From positions 368 through 64,367 of the forward strand of contig CALWHJ010000002.1 of the NCBI GenBank assembly GCA_944380355.1: 64,000 bases of DNA. Reading direction: 5' to 3'. A program made the position numbers and the translations under genes. A model generated the notes under the pieces. That model was given only the letters and a program-made list of their open reading frames with translations. It ran no database searches and was not told the DNA's origin. Position 1 is the stretch's first letter; every line of letters begins with the position of its first letter. Shown piece by piece: positions 61,398 through 64,000 of the stretch. Source of the stretch: an uncultured Christensenellaceae bacterium (GTDB lineage: Bacteria; Bacillota; Clostridia; Christensenellales; UBA3700).

Positions 61398-62731
61398 TGA
61401 AAGAGTATACATACATAGATTTATTTTCTGGACCTGGTGGACTCTGCACTGGTTTTATTAGTGAGGGATTTATTCCACGAATCGCAGTGGAATGGAGTGA
61501 CACTACGGTTATAACTTATGCAAAATCTCACAATGCAGAAATATACGAATTAAAGACATTATTGGATAATCTAGGGCATCTTGAGGATGTTTTAGTAAAA
61601 AATAAGCGTACATGTTTGATTCATGGCGATATAAATCAAGTTTCAAATAACATGATTTGTGAAATTTTGAAAAAGAAATTTGGCGAAAATACTGTCGATG
61701 TTGTCACGGGAGGTGCACCATGTGAGAGTTTTTCTATGGCAGGAAAACGGCTTGAAGATGATGACCGAAACGACTTATTTTCTAACATTCTGCGTATTGC
61801 CCATGCAGTGCAAGCAAAGTTTACATTGTTTGAGAATGTGCCGGGATTATTAACAAAAAAACGCGACGGCAAAAAAGGTGGTCAAATTGAATATGTCTTT
61901 CATGAGTTTGAGCGCGTAAACCCTGAAACTGGTGTGTTCTATCGTCTTGCAAGCAAAAATATTTCCGATTTCAAATGTGTAGCTGCAGATTATGGCACAC
62001 CTCAAAAGAGAGAAAGGATATTCATTGTCGGTTGCAGTAGTAAATATTCGAGAAATCCATTTGTTTATCCCGAAAAAACGCACGGACCGGGTAGAAAATA
62101 TGATTATGTAACAGTGGAAGACGCTTTTAGATACTTGCCTATAATAAAAAGTGGAGAAGGCTATGAAATGATGCCCTATACTCCGAATTACGAAGAAGAT
62201 TATATAAACGGAATTATAACTGAAGCTGCTTACAATTATTATAGATTCATTTTTGATCCAACGCACTGTGGAAATGCGGGTTATTCTCCAAATGTTGTTA
62301 CATTCCATAAGGCATTGAATCACAATCCTAAAATGGTTAGAAGATTGCACGAAATTCGTCCTGGAGAGGGTATGCAATCCGCAGTTGAACGTTTGATTGC
62401 AGAAGGCAAAGAAGATTTGGTTAAGGAAGTATTTCCTAAAAAGATATATTCTTCACGCAATCGTAGATTAAGGTTAAATGAGCCTAGTTATACAGTAACA
62501 TCGCACTGCTTGGATGAAATGATTCATCCGATTTATGATAGGCAACCTACACCGAGAGAAGTTGCGAGATTGCAAGCGTTTCCTGATTGGTACTATATAA
62601 ATGGACCTTATGTAAAATTTCATAGCGACCCGGAACAAGATAAATATGAACAAGTTGGAGACGCTATCCCCGTTTTAATGGCTAAGGCATTAGCTAAAAG
62701 CATGAGAAAAGCATTAGATATTTTAAAATGA
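61397..62731 (+). CDS. dcm: DNA (cytosine-5)-methyltransferase
   Basis: Motifs FSGPGGL (I), PCESFS (IV), ENVPGL (VI), QKRERIFIVG (VIII), GDAIPV (X). Confidence 0.93.
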   Translation: MKEYTYIDLFSGPGGLCTGFISEGFIPRIAVEWSDTTVITYAKSHNAEIYELKTLLDNLGHLEDVLVKNKRTCLIHGDINQVSNNMICEILKKKFGENTVDVVTGGAPCESFSMAGKRLEDDDRNDLFSNILRIAHAVQAKFTLFENVPGLLTKKRDGKKGGQIEYVFHEFERVNPETGVFYRLASKNISDFKCVAADYGTPQKRERIFIVGCSSKYSRNPFVYPEKTHGPGRKYDYVTVEDAFRYLPIIKSGEGYEMMPYTPNYEEDYINGIITEAAYNYYRFIFDPTHCGNAGYSPNVVTFHKALNHNPKMVRRLHEIRPGEGMQSAVERLIAEGKEDLVKEVFPKKIYSSRNRRLRLNEPSYTVTSHCLDEMIHPIYDRQPTPREVARLQAFPDWYYINGPYVKFHSDPEQDKYEQVGDAIPVLMAKALAKSMRKALDILK

Positions 62732-62745
62732 AAGGAGTTTATTAT

Positions 62746-63936
62746 ATGGAACATAACGGTATTATTTTATCGGAAGAAGAAAAAGAAATTATCGAGATAG
62801 AAAATCAAGAGGAAGAAGAGAGCATTAGTTTGGAAAGATATGCCTTCAACTCCTTTAGAATCGAACGAAGCATTAGAGACATTTTGAATTGGGTAGAAAA
62901 AGGCAAAATTATTATTCCTGAATTCCAAAGGGATTTTGTATGGAACTATAATCAATCAAGCCGTTTTGTTGAATCCGTACTTTTGGGATTACCTATACCA
63001 GACTTTTTTATGTTTAGGTTAATTGATAATAAAGGACAGTTCGAGAGATATATCTTAATTGATGGATTACAAAGATATACAACTATTAAACAATTTGTAG
63101 AAGGTAGATTTGTGCAAGGTGCCACAAATAGAAACTTCAAGATAAATAATAAATCGAGTCAATGGTACAATAAAACTTATGCAAAATTAGATACCAATGA
63201 CCAAGATTTTTTTCAAGACTATTCTTTAAAGATAAATGTTTTCGATTCAGTAGAAGATTCAGAGCGAATGCAAAAATTATATATGACAACTATTTTTGAA
63301 AGAATAAATACTGGCTCCACCAAATTAAGTGCACAAGAAGTCAGGAATGCCATTTTTACTGGAGATGTAGTACGAGAAATACGTGAAAATGTAAAAAATA
63401 AAGAATTTTCTCTTTTGCTACAAGCTGATTTAAATAAATATTCTCAACGTTGCAAAAATGAAGAGTTTTATTTAAGATTATTAGCGTATTATCATGTGTA
63501 TTTACAGATAACTAAAAAATCAAGTTTTTATATTGATGATGACAAAGAATCAAAGATTTCATCATCTAAAGATTTAATGCTTTGCAATTTCTTGTTCTAT
63601 TGCAATAAAAAAGATATTGACTTTGCTGATTACAATAAAAAACTTTTATATGCAATAAGTGTGATAGTTAAATTTGATAACACAGCTTTTTGTACAGTAA
63701 AACGTGATGAAGATATCATTTCTAATCATATACACGAGGTGTTTTCTGAAGCACTTGTTATAGCTTTAATGACAGGCAGTGAAATTAATATTACAAAAGA
63801 ACAATTTGAAAAAGCTAAGATAAAAATTTGGAGGGATCAGGAAAAATACATAGAGTTTTTTCATACAACAACTGAATTATTACATGTCCAAAAAAGAATT
63901 GATACTATAAAAAAAGTTCTTACTGGGGAAATATGA
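62746..63936 (+). CDS. DUF262 (ParB-like nuclease / GmrSD N-terminal-type) protein
   Basis: IIIPEFQRDFVW and LIDGLQRYTTI motifs; AGGAG RBS supports ATG 62746. Confidence 0.85.
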   Translation: MEHNGIILSEEEKEIIEIENQEEEESISLERYAFNSFRIERSIRDILNWVEKGKIIIPEFQRDFVWNYNQSSRFVESVLLGLPIPDFFMFRLIDNKGQFERYILIDGLQRYTTIKQFVEGRFVQGATNRNFKINNKSSQWYNKTYAKLDTNDQDFFQDYSLKINVFDSVEDSERMQKLYMTTIFERINTGSTKLSAQEVRNAIFTGDVVREIRENVKNKEFSLLLQADLNKYSQRCKNEEFYLRLLAYYHVYLQITKKSSFYIDDDKESKISSSKDLMLCNFLFYCNKKDIDFADYNKKLLYAISVIVKFDNTAFCTVKRDEDIISNHIHEVFSEALVIALMTGSEINITKEQFEKAKIKIWRDQEKYIEFFHTTTELLHVQKRIDTIKKVLTGEI

Positions 63937-63937
63937 T

Positions 63938-64000
63938 ATGACTGTTTTACAAATGACTCCAGACGATATATATAAGATATTTATTACGCGAATAACAAAA
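63938..64000 (+). CDS. 5' end of a downstream coupled gene (truncated by the window edge)
   Basis: ATG 1 nt after the DUF262 stop; MTVLQMTPDDIYKIFITRITK... Confidence 0.35.
   Translation, partial: MTVLQMTPDDIYKIFITRITK

Overview
The window is the replication-origin region of a low-GC, spore-forming Firmicutes/Clostridia-like chromosome, followed by an accessory island anchored on the tmRNA gene. Core genes in 1-44.6 kb: mnmE, mnmG, rsmG, an orphan parB, dnaN, dnaA, recF, gyrB, gyrA, glucokinase, spoVT-yabM-yabN-dus, trmL, lacZ, radC, a DAP-decarboxylase-like gene, an AGCS symporter, a GH18-like gene, a MATE pump and flavodoxin. Gene order and orientation around dnaA differ from the usual Firmicutes layout. 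Intergenic regions carry a modular hairpin repeat family of about 130-145 bp that abuts the stop codons of mnmE, dnaN and parB. Two near-identical inverted copies of this repeat bracket the origin. The tmRNA gene (44871-45215) is followed by about 19 kb of visibly AT-richer DNA organised by repeated copies of the tmRNA terminator and downstream sequence. This DNA holds an FtsX/ABC transporter cluster, a tRNA-Val, a two-gene cassette, a 4.1-kb integrative element, a restriction-modification system and a DUF262 gene. The integrative element encodes a serine recombinase and an HUH Rep and splits one repeat copy. The restriction-modification system is C-protein controlled and has two methyltransferases. 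The best candidate for an undescribed system is the two-gene cassette at 53224-55020: a minimal class III cyclase/GGDEF-like palm protein plus a SIR2-like protein, bracketed by 42-bp direct repeats. All calls rest on reading motifs by eye; no searches were run.
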